From IMG/VR virus record IMGVR_UViG_3300045454_000060, positions 1 to 64,000 of that record: a stretch of 64,000 nt of DNA, one strand, 5' to 3'. Numbering within the stretch: position 1 is the stretch's first letter; each line of letters opens with the position of its first letter. The translations under genes and the position numbers were made by a program. Shown here one piece after another: positions 18,361-27,358 of the stretch. The notes beneath the pieces were generated by a model that worked only from the letters and a program-made list of their open reading frames with translations, did not search any database and was not told the origin of the DNA. The DNA comes from a virus.

Positions 18361-18915
18361 ATGATGTCGGATCAGACTCCCGAGAACACGCCTGAGCAGC
18401 TCGAATCCCAGAGGTCGGGTGAGGTCAATCCCTTCCGCCCGCGACGGATTCGCATCATCGAGAGCGGCTGGGAAGGATTCACCGGCGATTTCGGCGTGAC
18501 GGCCTTCGTCGCCGGCGTGTCGGTGGATCTCGTGCCCTGGATCGAGCAGCAGCGCCTCGGCGGGCTGCTGCGCATCGAGTCCGCCGAGAGCGACGAGATC
18601 GAGGCCCAGCTTGGTCCCTCCGCCGAGCTGGTGCGCGGTCGCGCGCTTGCTGCTGACGATGAGCGCGTGGCGGCCGTCAATACCGGCGTTGCTGGCGTGA
18701 ACGGTGAGATGAGGCTCGCGATCGAGCGGTTCACCCGCGAGGATCTCGAGGACATCGCCGATCGCAAGGGCATCAACGGACTCCGCGATGTCGCCAAGGC
18801 CTGGGGCGTGAAGGGTCGCTCGATCGCCGAGCTGATCCACGAGATCCTCGAGGCGCAGGAAGCGGCCAACGCAGGCGCGGTGCCGGACTCCGCAACCTCC
18901 CGCGAGGTGAACTGA
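18361..18915 (+). CDS. Head-associated hypothetical protein
   Basis: Position after capsid; C-terminal helical GINGLRDVAKAWGVKG region. Confidence 0.7.
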   Translation: MMSDQTPENTPEQLESQRSGEVNPFRPRRIRIIESGWEGFTGDFGVTAFVAGVSVDLVPWIEQQRLGGLLRIESAESDEIEAQLGPSAELVRGRALAADDERVAAVNTGVAGVNGEMRLAIERFTREDLEDIADRKGINGLRDVAKAWGVKGRSIAELIHEILEAQEAANAGAVPDSATSREVN

Positions 18916-18916
18916 C

Positions 18917-19669
18917 ATGAGCTCCCTGACCGACACGGCGGAGACGCTGCTGCTGCAGTGGCTGCTTACCGCCAGTGCAGTGACGCGGCCGACCGTCTGG
19001 TATGTGGGCATCGGCTCGGGCGCGACCGAGGCGGGGTTGACGGGCGAGTTCGTGGGCAACGGCTACGCGCGCAAGGCGGTGACCTTCGGCGTTGTGAACG
19101 GGCTGGCGGAGAACAATGCGGCGGTGCTGTTCGACGCTGCCACCGGGCTCTGGGGCACCGGCTCGCATTTCGGCATCTTCGACGCGCTCACCGGCGGCAC
19201 CTGTCTGCTCAAGGGGGCGATGAGCACCTCGAAGACCTACGACACCGGCGACCGTCCGGAGTTCGCGGTCGGCGACATCGACGTCTCCTTCACCAACCTG
19301 CCGACCGATGCCGCCACGCTGGTGCTGCAGTGGCTGCTCACTGCCGTCGCGGTGACGCGCCCGACCGCCTGGCATGTGGCGCTCGGCACGGGCTCGGGTG
19401 TCGCGGGTCTGACCGGCGAGCCGGTCGGCAACGGCTACGCGCGCAGAAGCACGACCTTCTCGGTGTCGGGCAATGTGGGCTCGAACCCGTCCAGCGTGCT
19501 GTTCGACACTCTCACCGGGCCGATCGGCAGCATTTCGCATGGCGGGGTGTTCACCGCCGCCACCGCCGGCACCTGCCTGTTCGCGGGCGCGCTCGGTGCC
19601 GCCAAGACGTTCGATGCCAATGACCGTCCGGAGTTCGCCGCCGGCGCCCTGTCGCTGTCGCTCGACTGA
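18917..19669 (+). CDS. Virion structural protein with two tandem ~120-aa repeats
   Basis: LQWLLTA..VTRPT.W...GLTGE.VGNGYAR and DRPEFA.G each occur twice. Confidence 0.8.
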   Translation: MSSLTDTAETLLLQWLLTASAVTRPTVWYVGIGSGATEAGLTGEFVGNGYARKAVTFGVVNGLAENNAAVLFDAATGLWGTGSHFGIFDALTGGTCLLKGAMSTSKTYDTGDRPEFAVGDIDVSFTNLPTDAATLVLQWLLTAVAVTRPTAWHVALGTGSGVAGLTGEPVGNGYARRSTTFSVSGNVGSNPSSVLFDTLTGPIGSISHGGVFTAATAGTCLFAGALGAAKTFDANDRPEFAAGALSLSLD

Positions 19670-19709
19670 TGTTTTTGGTTAGCGCTGACTAATTCTGACG
19701 GAGAACGTC

Positions 19710-20216
19710 ATGGGTATTCCGATGGCATTGCGGCTGGTGCTCGAGCCGGCGAGCGGTTCCGAGTTCGAGCCTCCCAAGGCATGGCTCGAGGCCGCGCGTC
19801 ACGGCCTGGCGAGTGCCGCCGACCTGGCGGCTCTGGCCGCGCGTGTCATGCGGATCGAGGCAGACACCAATATCCGCGTGATCGTCGATCCCGACACCAA
19901 CGTGCTGAGGATCAGCGCGGTCGGCGGGGTGGCGTCTTACCGCACGGTGTCGGCTGATGCCGCGCTTGATCTCGACGACAACGGCCGCGTCGTCGAGGTG
20001 GATAGTGCTGTGCCGGTGACGCTCGCGCTGCCGACCGGCCTGCCGCGCGGCTGGGTCTGCCTGGTGCGCCAGGTCGGCGCCGGGACGGTGACGGTGCGGC
20101 GCGCCTCGGGCGTGCGCATCGCACCCGATGATGGCGATCTGGCGACGGCCGCCCCATGGCAGGAGATCGCGCTCGAGTCGCGTGGCGACGATCAGGTGAT
20201 CGGTCGCGTGGTGTGA
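19710..20216 (+). CDS. Putative fibre/accessory virion protein
   Basis: VTLALP..LPRGWVCLVRQVGAGTVTV motif typical of phage fibre domains. Confidence 0.6.
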   Translation: MGIPMALRLVLEPASGSEFEPPKAWLEAARHGLASAADLAALAARVMRIEADTNIRVIVDPDTNVLRISAVGGVASYRTVSADAALDLDDNGRVVEVDSAVPVTLALPTGLPRGWVCLVRQVGAGTVTVRRASGVRIAPDDGDLATAAPWQEIALESRGDDQVIGRVV

Positions 20217-20225
20217 CACCCTGAC

Positions 20226-21104
20226 ATGAGCTTCCGGCACGCACACGAGGCCACTGAGACCTCGAACACCACCAACCAGTTGAACGGCGCGGGCGCGCAC
20301 GTCACCGACGGCGTGGGTGTGATCGGGTCGGATCAGGCCGGCTCGGCGGTGCTGGTCAAGCGTCTGCCGCTCGGGGCTGAGCTGGAGATCGTCGAAGGGC
20401 GGCTGGGGAGGGTGCTGGAGCCCGCTTCGATCTACCGGGCGTTCCACGACTGCGATTGCTCTCTTGGCCTTCACAGCACTTTTTCCGCGGTCGCCGCCGG
20501 CACCGGTTCGGGCGTGACGGTGCCGTCCGGCTCGAGCGTGACGGCGTTGAATCGCTATGCCGGCTTGGCGCGTCTCGCCACCGGCACATCATCGACCGGC
20601 CATGCGCGCATCGTCAGCCATAGCGCAAATGGTGCCGCGTGGGTCAATGTGCGGCTTGACGACGCGCGGCGGCATATTGCCATCGCTCGCGCTGCGCCCG
20701 AGAACCTGCCGGATGGCACGAATGATTTCACGATCGCGTTCGGCTGGCGGCAGATCAACAACTATACCTCGCATGGGGTCGAGCTGGTGTGCGGTGCGGG
20801 TTTTCCGCTCACCAATCGCTGGTATCTGCGCACGCGCCGATCCGGCATTGAGACCCTGGTGGATACCGGCGTCAATGTCACCACGGTCAACACGTTCCAG
20901 CGGCTGCGGCTCGAGGTGCCGGCCGCTGGCAGTCAGGCGCTCGCTTATATCGACGACGTGCTGGTCGCGACCAGCACCAGCAATGTGCCGACCGACCAGA
21001 GCACGACCTACGGTGTCAATCTGGAGATCGTCAAGACGCTGGGGACTGCTGATCGTTTCCTGTGGTGCGACTGGATCGGCTGGCAGAGCGAGGGGGCACG
21101 CTGA
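20226..21104 (+). CDS. Putative beta-rich (lectin-like) virion protein
   Basis: Thr/Ser/Gly-rich, YIDDVLVAT motif. Confidence 0.6.
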   Translation: MSFRHAHEATETSNTTNQLNGAGAHVTDGVGVIGSDQAGSAVLVKRLPLGAELEIVEGRLGRVLEPASIYRAFHDCDCSLGLHSTFSAVAAGTGSGVTVPSGSSVTALNRYAGLARLATGTSSTGHARIVSHSANGAAWVNVRLDDARRHIAIARAAPENLPDGTNDFTIAFGWRQINNYTSHGVELVCGAGFPLTNRWYLRTRRSGIETLVDTGVNVTTVNTFQRLRLEVPAAGSQALAYIDDVLVATSTSNVPTDQSTTYGVNLEIVKTLGTADRFLWCDWIGWQSEGAR

Positions 21105-21580
21105 TGCGCGTGGTGGACATCCTCGCATGGCACGACAACAGCACTGGTCCGGCGGGCGTGCCGGCTCGCTGCGTTGAGCACGACGGATCGCGCCAGCTTG
21201 GCGCGGGCGAGACGCGCCTGACAGCGGACGAGTATCGCGCGCAGCAGCCGGTCTGGGCCGCGGCCTACGAGACATGGATGGCGCAGCAGCCGCCGCAGCC
21301 GTCGATCGAGCCGGTGCCGTTCGAGGTCACCAACTTCCAGGCGCGCGCGGTGCTGCTCAACATCCCGTCGTCGTCCGGCGTTCAGGGTCGCACGCTGTTC
21401 CACGACGTGGATGACGCGATCCGCTCGCTCGGGCCGACCGCTCCCGCCTACCAGGCGTGGGAGTATGCCAACACGATCACGCGCCATGGCGCCACGGTGC
21501 AGACCATGGCCACGCAGTTCGGGTTGACCGAGGCGCAGCTCGACCAGATGTTCCGCAACGCCGCGCTGATCGAGGCGTAG
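21104..21580 (+). CDS. Hypothetical (fibre chaperone-like) protein
   Basis: VTNFQARAVL...WEYANTITR...LTEAQLDQMFRNAA motif. Confidence 0.65.
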   Translation: MRVVDILAWHDNSTGPAGVPARCVEHDGSRQLGAGETRLTADEYRAQQPVWAAAYETWMAQQPPQPSIEPVPFEVTNFQARAVLLNIPSSSGVQGRTLFHDVDDAIRSLGPTAPAYQAWEYANTITRHGATVQTMATQFGLTEAQLDQMFRNAALIEA

Positions 21581-21582
21581 CG

Positions 21583-22542
21583 ATGGCCTGGTTTGCGCCA
21601 GGCTGGTTCCAGGCGGGCCATTTCAATACCGGCGGCAGCAGCGGGGCAATCTCGCTCGGCGTCGCTGCTGCTGCGACCACAAGTGCCCTGGTGCGGCGGC
21701 ATCGCGGGCTCACGCTGCAGGCGAGCGCCGCCGTCTCGACGAGCGCGACGGCGATTCGACGTCGTGATGTCGCGGCTTCCCAGGCGGTTGCCGGCTCGGC
21801 CGCTGTCGTCGTGGCGCGCCGGCGTGCGGTTGCGCTGGGCGCTGCTGCCGCCATCGACACTGCGGTTCAGGTGCAGCGTCGGCGTCCAATAGGCTGTGCG
21901 GCGAGCGTCGCGGCGGGGCTCGCCGCAGGTGCCATGCGCCGACGCGCGCTGCAGGCGCAGGTCTTGGCTTCGGCGCAGGCTTCGGCCATCCCGGCCGACC
22001 AGGGTTTCATCTCGTTGCAGATGGGCGCGGCGGTGACGCTTGGCGCCATCGTGCAGCGACGTCGCGCTCTGGGGGTCACGGTCGGTGCCGGCGTCGGCAT
22101 GACGGTGTCTGATCGGCGCAGGCGCCAGGTTTCACTTGCCTCCGCCCCGTTCACGAATCTTGCGGCTCAGCCCCGTCGTCGTCGCGCTGCCGGGCTGGCG
22201 ACGGGCGCGGCGGGCATGCTCGTCGTGGCGCAGCGGCGGCGACGGCATGTTGTGGTTCATGGTGTCGCCGCCGCCGGGTTGATCGGAGCGGCGCGTCGTC
22301 GGATGCCGGTTGTGCTGCCGGCCGCCGCTGCCGCCATGCTGGAGGGCCTGGTTCGACTGCCGTTCCGCGCGCCCCCGGGCTACCGGGTCGTCGCCTCGGA
22401 GACGCTGCAGGGCGGTGCGAGGGTCGCCGCTTCGGAGACTTTGCAGAATGGCGTGAGGGTTGTCGTCTCGCAGCCTGCGTGGACGCGCATCGTGACGAGC
22501 CAACCGCGTCTCTCCGATCGCAGTCCAGACAGTCTTCAGTAG
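21583..22542 (+). CDS. Ala/Val-rich repeat protein with RRR about every 20 aa
   Basis: Periodic RRR motifs separated by small hydrophobic residues. Confidence 0.6.
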   Translation: MAWFAPGWFQAGHFNTGGSSGAISLGVAAAATTSALVRRHRGLTLQASAAVSTSATAIRRRDVAASQAVAGSAAVVVARRRAVALGAAAAIDTAVQVQRRRPIGCAASVAAGLAAGAMRRRALQAQVLASAQASAIPADQGFISLQMGAAVTLGAIVQRRRALGVTVGAGVGMTVSDRRRRQVSLASAPFTNLAAQPRRRRAAGLATGAAGMLVVAQRRRRHVVVHGVAAAGLIGAARRRMPVVLPAAAAAMLEGLVRLPFRAPPGYRVVASETLQGGARVAASETLQNGVRVVVSQPAWTRIVTSQPRLSDRSPDSLQ

Positions 22543-22608
22543 CGGCCGGGTTTCGCGTGCGTTAGTCAGTCAGCTCGGACTATAATATGTGATCTGTGGA
22601 GAACCCGC

Positions 22609-22884
22609 ATGCCGCTGACCTGGCCCGCCAAGGATCCTGACGAGTTCCTTGATTACGGCATCGACTGGACCCCCCGGCTGGAGTCCAGCGAAACCATCGT
22701 GAGCGCGCTTTGGATCCCGCCGCCCGGGGTGACCACCTCGAACGCCTCCTGGGGTGACAAGGTGACTGTGATCTGGGTCGCCGGCGGCTCGCATGGCGTG
22801 ACCTATCTGTTCACTAATCGGATCACGACCAGTGCCGGGCGCATTCTCGAGGAGACCGCGAAGCTGAAGGTCAAGAACCGATGA
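22609..22884 (+). CDS. Small virion/adaptor-like protein
   Basis: KDPDEFLDYGIDW...GG..G.TY...NRITTSAGR motif. Confidence 0.7.
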   Translation: MPLTWPAKDPDEFLDYGIDWTPRLESSETIVSALWIPPPGVTTSNASWGDKVTVIWVAGGSHGVTYLFTNRITTSAGRILEETAKLKVKNR

Positions 22885-23672
22885 TCTGGCGTCACGCGCA
22901 GGCGCTTTCGCTCAAGTTCGCGCTTGAGACCGTTGGCGAGCCGGATGAGATCCTGGTCACACTCGAGGACGATCTTGGCGGCCTTGTCGCCACCGGCATC
23001 GGCGACGGCATCATCATCGACAGCGAGCTGAACAGCCTGCTGGTCACGATCGACGCGGCCAAGAACACGCTGCCGGGGGGCGTCGCCTCGGCGTTCCGGC
23101 TGCTGCGCGTGCGTTACCGCGCCGAGGACGAGTTTCCGGGCTGGAAGGAGCTCGAGTTCGGCTATGAGCTGTTCGCCCTGCAGGAGCTGCAGGTTCAGCG
23201 CAACAGTTTCCAGACCTACAACGAGGCTCTGGCGATCGCGCATGCCATGCACGACATCGCTCGCTTCCGCGCCGCCTCGCGCGAGGATCGCGTGCGCGTG
23301 CTGCGTCAGGCCTGGGAGGCGCTGGTGCATCTGCCGTTCGATCTGACGCTGGAGGATCGCCAGGATCGCCTCAGCGATGTGCCCTGGCGCCAGCCGGGCG
23401 ATCTGTCGCGCATGACGGCGGACGAGCTGCTGGCGCTCGATCCGCTGTTCGTGCGCGCTTTGCGGCGGGCCCAGGTGGTGGAGGCGGACGAGCTGCTCGC
23501 CGGCGACACCATCCACGCGCGCCGTCGCGACGGCCTGATGAGCTCCTCCGTGGGCGAGACCAGCCAGATGTATCGCCCGCGCAAGCCGCTCGACCTTGCG
23601 GTGTCCGTGCGGGCGCTGCGCGAGCTGCGCGGCTATGTCTCCTTCGCGGTGACACTCGGCCGCGGGGCATAG
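22881..23672 (+). CDS. Head-tail adaptor-like protein
   Basis: Position; C-terminal GLMSSSVGETSQMY motif. Confidence 0.6.
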   Translation: MIWRHAQALSLKFALETVGEPDEILVTLEDDLGGLVATGIGDGIIIDSELNSLLVTIDAAKNTLPGGVASAFRLLRVRYRAEDEFPGWKELEFGYELFALQELQVQRNSFQTYNEALAIAHAMHDIARFRAASREDRVRVLRQAWEALVHLPFDLTLEDRQDRLSDVPWRQPGDLSRMTADELLALDPLFVRALRRAQVVEADELLAGDTIHARRRDGLMSSSVGETSQMYRPRKPLDLAVSVRALRELRGYVSFAVTLGRGA

Positions 23673-23673
23673 C

Positions 23674-24432
23674 GTGGACGGTGCGGCGCTGACCCGGATC
23701 GCCGAGCGTGCGTCCGGGCGCTATTCCCTGTTGCTGGCCGGGTTCCGTGACGGTCTCGAGCGCGTGATCGGTTCCCATAGTCCCGGCACCGATCGGGCGC
23801 GTCGGCGTCTGCGCGAGGAGGTCTATGGCTATGCCAGGGTCTATCTCGGCGAGGAGGTGCCGATGCTGCGCGAGGAGATTCTGGCGATCGGCCTCGGCGG
23901 CATGGAGGCGACCGATGCCGCGATCGGCGGCGTGACAAGACAGGGCAGGGGCGATGACATCGACGCGCATCTCGCCGAGCTCGCCGCCGATCTCGAGACC
24001 GCGCTGCGCCTGCAGATCGAGCGTGACGTGTCCCTGACGATGCGCGCGCTTCGGGATACGGCACTCGCCGGTGCCATCGGCAAGCGTCTGGGGCCGTCCA
24101 GGGGTGCACGCGGGGGTGCTGCCGCATCCCGACGCGCGGCGCTCTCAGGGCTCGTCTTCGAGTTCGTCGATCGTGGCGGGCGACGCTGGCCCTCGCCGCG
24201 GCATGTGCGTGTGCTCTGGCGTCAGGCGCTCGTGCTGGCCTGGAACGAGACGGCACTGCTGCGCATGGCCGAGCTCGGCATCGCTGCCGCCGAGGTGAAT
24301 CACCCCGACCCCCAGCACGGCGAGACCGGCCGGCGTTTCGCCGTGGCCGACGGTGGCTTCTGGCAGGAGTTGCGATCGGAGGTGTTCCACCCCAACAGCA
24401 ATGCCTGGCTGATCCCGGTCACTCAGTCGTGA
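23674..24432 (+). CDS. Hypothetical morphogenesis protein
   Basis: FVDRGGRRW and C-terminal FHPNS motifs. Confidence 0.6.
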   Translation: MDGAALTRIAERASGRYSLLLAGFRDGLERVIGSHSPGTDRARRRLREEVYGYARVYLGEEVPMLREEILAIGLGGMEATDAAIGGVTRQGRGDDIDAHLAELAADLETALRLQIERDVSLTMRALRDTALAGAIGKRLGPSRGARGGAAASRRAALSGLVFEFVDRGGRRWPSPRHVRVLWRQALVLAWNETALLRMAELGIAAAEVNHPDPQHGETGRRFAVADGGFWQELRSEVFHPNSNAWLIPVTQS

Positions 24433-24444
24433 TATAATGACCGC

Positions 24445-24798
24445 ATGGCGATCCTGTTCCCCCAGCTCACGGTGAAGCTGTTCCCCCTCAAGGGGCATGA
24501 CAGCTACGGCAAGCCGCTGCTCGACGCGCCCAGGAGTGTGCGCGTCGGCGTGGTGCGCCTGCGCTTTGGCACCGCCAAGAGTTCGGTGCGCGCCGACAGC
24601 TCGGCCAGCCGTGGGCGGGTCGATGAGTCCAACGACGAGTCCGTGCTGCTGTTCGAGCCGACCGTCGCGCCGCGCCAGGGCGAGGTCGTCGAGTGGAACG
24701 GGGCCCGGCTCAGGGTCGTGCGTGTCGAGCCACGCTACACCCTCAGCGGCGAGCTGGCGCACTACCAGGTCGATCTCAGCGCCGCCGGGGCAGTCTGA
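24445..24798 (+). CDS. Head-closure-like protein
   Basis: Position; DSYGKP and SVRADSSASRG. Confidence 0.6.
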   Translation: MAILFPQLTVKLFPLKGHDSYGKPLLDAPRSVRVGVVRLRFGTAKSSVRADSSASRGRVDESNDESVLLFEPTVAPRQGEVVEWNGARLRVVRVEPRYTLSGELAHYQVDLSAAGAV

Positions 24799-25232
24799 TG
24801 CCGGCGCGTGTGAGCAGCGATTTTGGTGGGTTCGTGGGGCGCGTGCGCCAGATCGGCGGGCGCATTCGGCGCGCGGTCAACGATCAGCTCGAACGCGAAG
24901 CCAAGATCATTCAGGATTACGCGCGGCGCATGGTGCCGGAGGAGTTCGGCAACATGGAGCGTGCGATCAAGATCGCCTCCTCCGACTATCGCCGGAGCTG
25001 GGTGATCTATGTGGACGAGACTGTGCCCGACGACACGGGCCACTACACCGTCGGGGCCTATCTGACCTTCTTGCATGAGGGCGAGTATGCGCTCGGCCCG
25101 ATCAGCCGCGCCAAGCAGGGACAGGGGGTGCGCGTCGGCCCGAAGTTCCTCGAGCGCGCCTTCAACCGTGCTGTGCGCGAGGGCATGCGGCGGCGGATTG
25201 TCGAGGCGGCGCGGCGCGCGGGGGTGCTCTGA
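24798..25232 (+). CDS. Neck / HK97 gp10-like protein
   Basis: VPEEFGNMERAI...LHEG...GPKFLERAF. Confidence 0.7.
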   Translation: MPARVSSDFGGFVGRVRQIGGRIRRAVNDQLEREAKIIQDYARRMVPEEFGNMERAIKIASSDYRRSWVIYVDETVPDDTGHYTVGAYLTFLHEGEYALGPISRAKQGQGVRVGPKFLERAFNRAVREGMRRRIVEAARRAGVL

Positions 25233-25636
25233 TGCTGGTGATGGAGCAGGTGGCGAATCTTCTTGTTGCGGCCGGGCTCGGCACGCTCGGCAAGGATCTG
25301 TTCGTGCACGGGATGCCCGAGAGCGTGCCGGCGGGCCTGGTCGTGCTGAATCGCGTGGCTGCCAACGACATCGACTATGATCTCCCCGCCTGGCGGCGCG
25401 ACGGGTTCCAGGTGGTGGCGCGGCATGGCTCCCCGCTCGAGGCGGAGAAGCTCGCGCGTCGCGTCATGGCGGCGCTGCATTTCCACGGCTGGCGCCAGCT
25501 CGCCCCGGCCGGCGCGATGACGGTGCCGACCGACGTGCTGTTCATTCGTCCGCGCCATGAGCCGATCGTCTATCCCCGCTCCCCGGGCGATCTGCACGAG
25601 GCTTCCGTCAATTTCGACTATGCCTGCGCGGCCTGA
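25232..25636 (+). CDS. Tail terminator / minor capsid-like protein
   Basis: LGTLGKDLFVHGMP...FQVVAR...SVNF. Confidence 0.65.
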   Translation: MLVMEQVANLLVAAGLGTLGKDLFVHGMPESVPAGLVVLNRVAANDIDYDLPAWRRDGFQVVARHGSPLEAEKLARRVMAALHFHGWRQLAPAGAMTVPTDVLFIRPRHEPIVYPRSPGDLHEASVNFDYACAA

Positions 25637-25689
25637 TATGGCATAATAGCTAAGCACTGACTGAACACCCCTAGGAGACCATTGCACCG

Positions 25690-26553
25690 ATGGCAAACGA
25701 CCCCAAGAACATCCGTCTCGGCCCCTGCCGCGTGCTCTGGGGTGGCGTGGATCTCGGGCTGACCAAGGGCGGCGTCGAGGTCGAGGTCACCACCTCCACC
25801 AAGGAGGTGATGGTCGATCAGTTCGGCGAGACGCCGGTCAACGAGTATATCACCGGGCGCAAGCTGTCGGTGCGCTGCCCGTTCGCCGAGACCGATCTGG
25901 ACACGCTGTATGCGCTGATGAAGGACGCTGGCGCCACGCTGGTCGATGACGGCATCAAGGCCTCCGGCACGATCCAGGTCGTCGCGAACCCGGTGACGAA
26001 TGACACGCTGACCGTGAACGGCACGGTGTTCACCTTCAAGACCACCGGCCTGACCGGCGTGCGCGACGTGAAGATCGGCGCCAATGCCGCGGCCACGGCG
26101 CAGAGCCTGCTGGCTGCGCTGCAGTTCTCGACCGACGCCAACGTCGTCAAGGCGAACTATGCTCTGGATGTGGCCGTCAACACCACGATCGTGGTGACTC
26201 ACGCCAAGACCGGCACCGAGGGCAACACCTTCACGCTCGCCCGCACCGGCACCGCGCTCACGGTTCCGGCCACCCTGACCGGCGGCACGGCGTCCACGCG
26301 CCGGCGCATCGAGATGAGCTCGGGCATCGGCCTGTCGCTGCTCGACAAGGCGAAGGAGCTGGTGCTGCGTCCGGTCGAGAAGGCCGACAACGACTATACC
26401 GAGGATTTCGTCGTGCCGCTCGCCGGCACCTCGGGCGCGATCCAGTTCGCCTATCAGCAGAACGAGGAGCGCCTGTTCAATCTCACCTTCGTCGGCTACC
26501 CGAACCCGACCACCAAGGTGATGTTCCTGTATGGCGACAAGCGCTCGGCGTAA
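25690..26553 (+). CDS. Major tail tube protein
   Basis: LGPCRVLWGGVDLGLTKGGVEV N-terminus; position before the chaperone and tape measure. Confidence 0.8.
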   Translation: MANDPKNIRLGPCRVLWGGVDLGLTKGGVEVEVTTSTKEVMVDQFGETPVNEYITGRKLSVRCPFAETDLDTLYALMKDAGATLVDDGIKASGTIQVVANPVTNDTLTVNGTVFTFKTTGLTGVRDVKIGANAAATAQSLLAALQFSTDANVVKANYALDVAVNTTIVVTHAKTGTEGNTFTLARTGTALTVPATLTGGTASTRRRIEMSSGIGLSLLDKAKELVLRPVEKADNDYTEDFVVPLAGTSGAIQFAYQQNEERLFNLTFVGYPNPTTKVMFLYGDKRSA

Positions 26554-26665
26554 TCCGGTGCGCGCCGGCGCTGCGTCGGCTATGATTGTTCAGCGGTGAG
26601 TGTTCCCCTCCCTCGCGGGAGGGGAACGCCGCTGGAACACATGTTTTGTGAGGACGAAAGCCAAC

Positions 26666-27007
26666 ATGGCGCAGAAGGTCATTCCGCTCAATCTGGACGA
26701 GCTGACGGTTCCCACCAAGACCATTGTGCTGGATGGTGTGACGCACGTGATGCGCGAGCTCACCGTGCAGGAGTTCATCGAGCGCAGCCGCCAGGCCCAG
26801 GAGGTCGAGGCGCAGGACGCCGATCTCACCATGGCGCAGAAGATCGAGAAGATGGTCGAGGTGATCCATGACGCCTTCCCGACGCTCGCCAAGGAGCGCC
26901 TCGGCAGGCTCAGCCTGACCTACCTGACCAAGATCATCGAGTTCACCCTGAAGGCTCCCGAGGAGATCGAGCGCGAGGTCGAGGCGCAGACCAAGGGAAA
27001 CGCCTGA
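26666..27007 (+). CDS. Tail assembly chaperone (gpG-like)
   Basis: Position; slippery G GGA AAC just before the stop. Confidence 0.8.
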   Translation: MAQKVIPLNLDELTVPTKTIVLDGVTHVMRELTVQEFIERSRQAQEVEAQDADLTMAQKIEKMVEVIHDAFPTLAKERLGRLSLTYLTKIIEFTLKAPEEIEREVEAQTKGNA

Positions 27008-27333
27008 CGGGTGACCCCGACGGGGCAGGGGGCGCGATCGAGGTCGATTTCGCCTTCCTGTTCTGCCGGGTGGTCGCCCATTACGCGCTCGACCCCGAGC
27101 GCATCCTGGTGATGCCGCTGCGCCTGTTCTGGGTGCTGGCCTCCAATATCGACCGGATGCGCGCCCAGGATCAGATCGAGCTCCTCGACCTGATGATCGT
27201 CGCTCAGGCGGGCGATGTGAAGGCGAGGGGGGACATGCATCAGGCGCTGCGCGAGCGGCTCGGCACGCCGGTGCGTCATGTGAAGCCGCGCTCGTCCCGA
27301 ACCGAGATTCTCTCGGTGATCCAGGAGCTGTGA
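26995..27333 (+). CDS. -1 frameshift extension of the tail chaperone (gpGT-like)
   Basis: GGGAAAC at 26995-27001; the -1 frame is open and continuous with the 27070-27333 ORF. Confidence 0.8.
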   Translation, partial: GKRLTGDPDGAGGAIEVDFAFLFCRVVAHYALDPERILVMPLRLFWVLASNIDRMRAQDQIELLDLMIVAQAGDVKARGDMHQALRERLGTPVRHVKPRSSRTEILSVIQEL

Positions 27334-27358
27334 AAGGGCCCGTCAGGGTTAGACGTCG

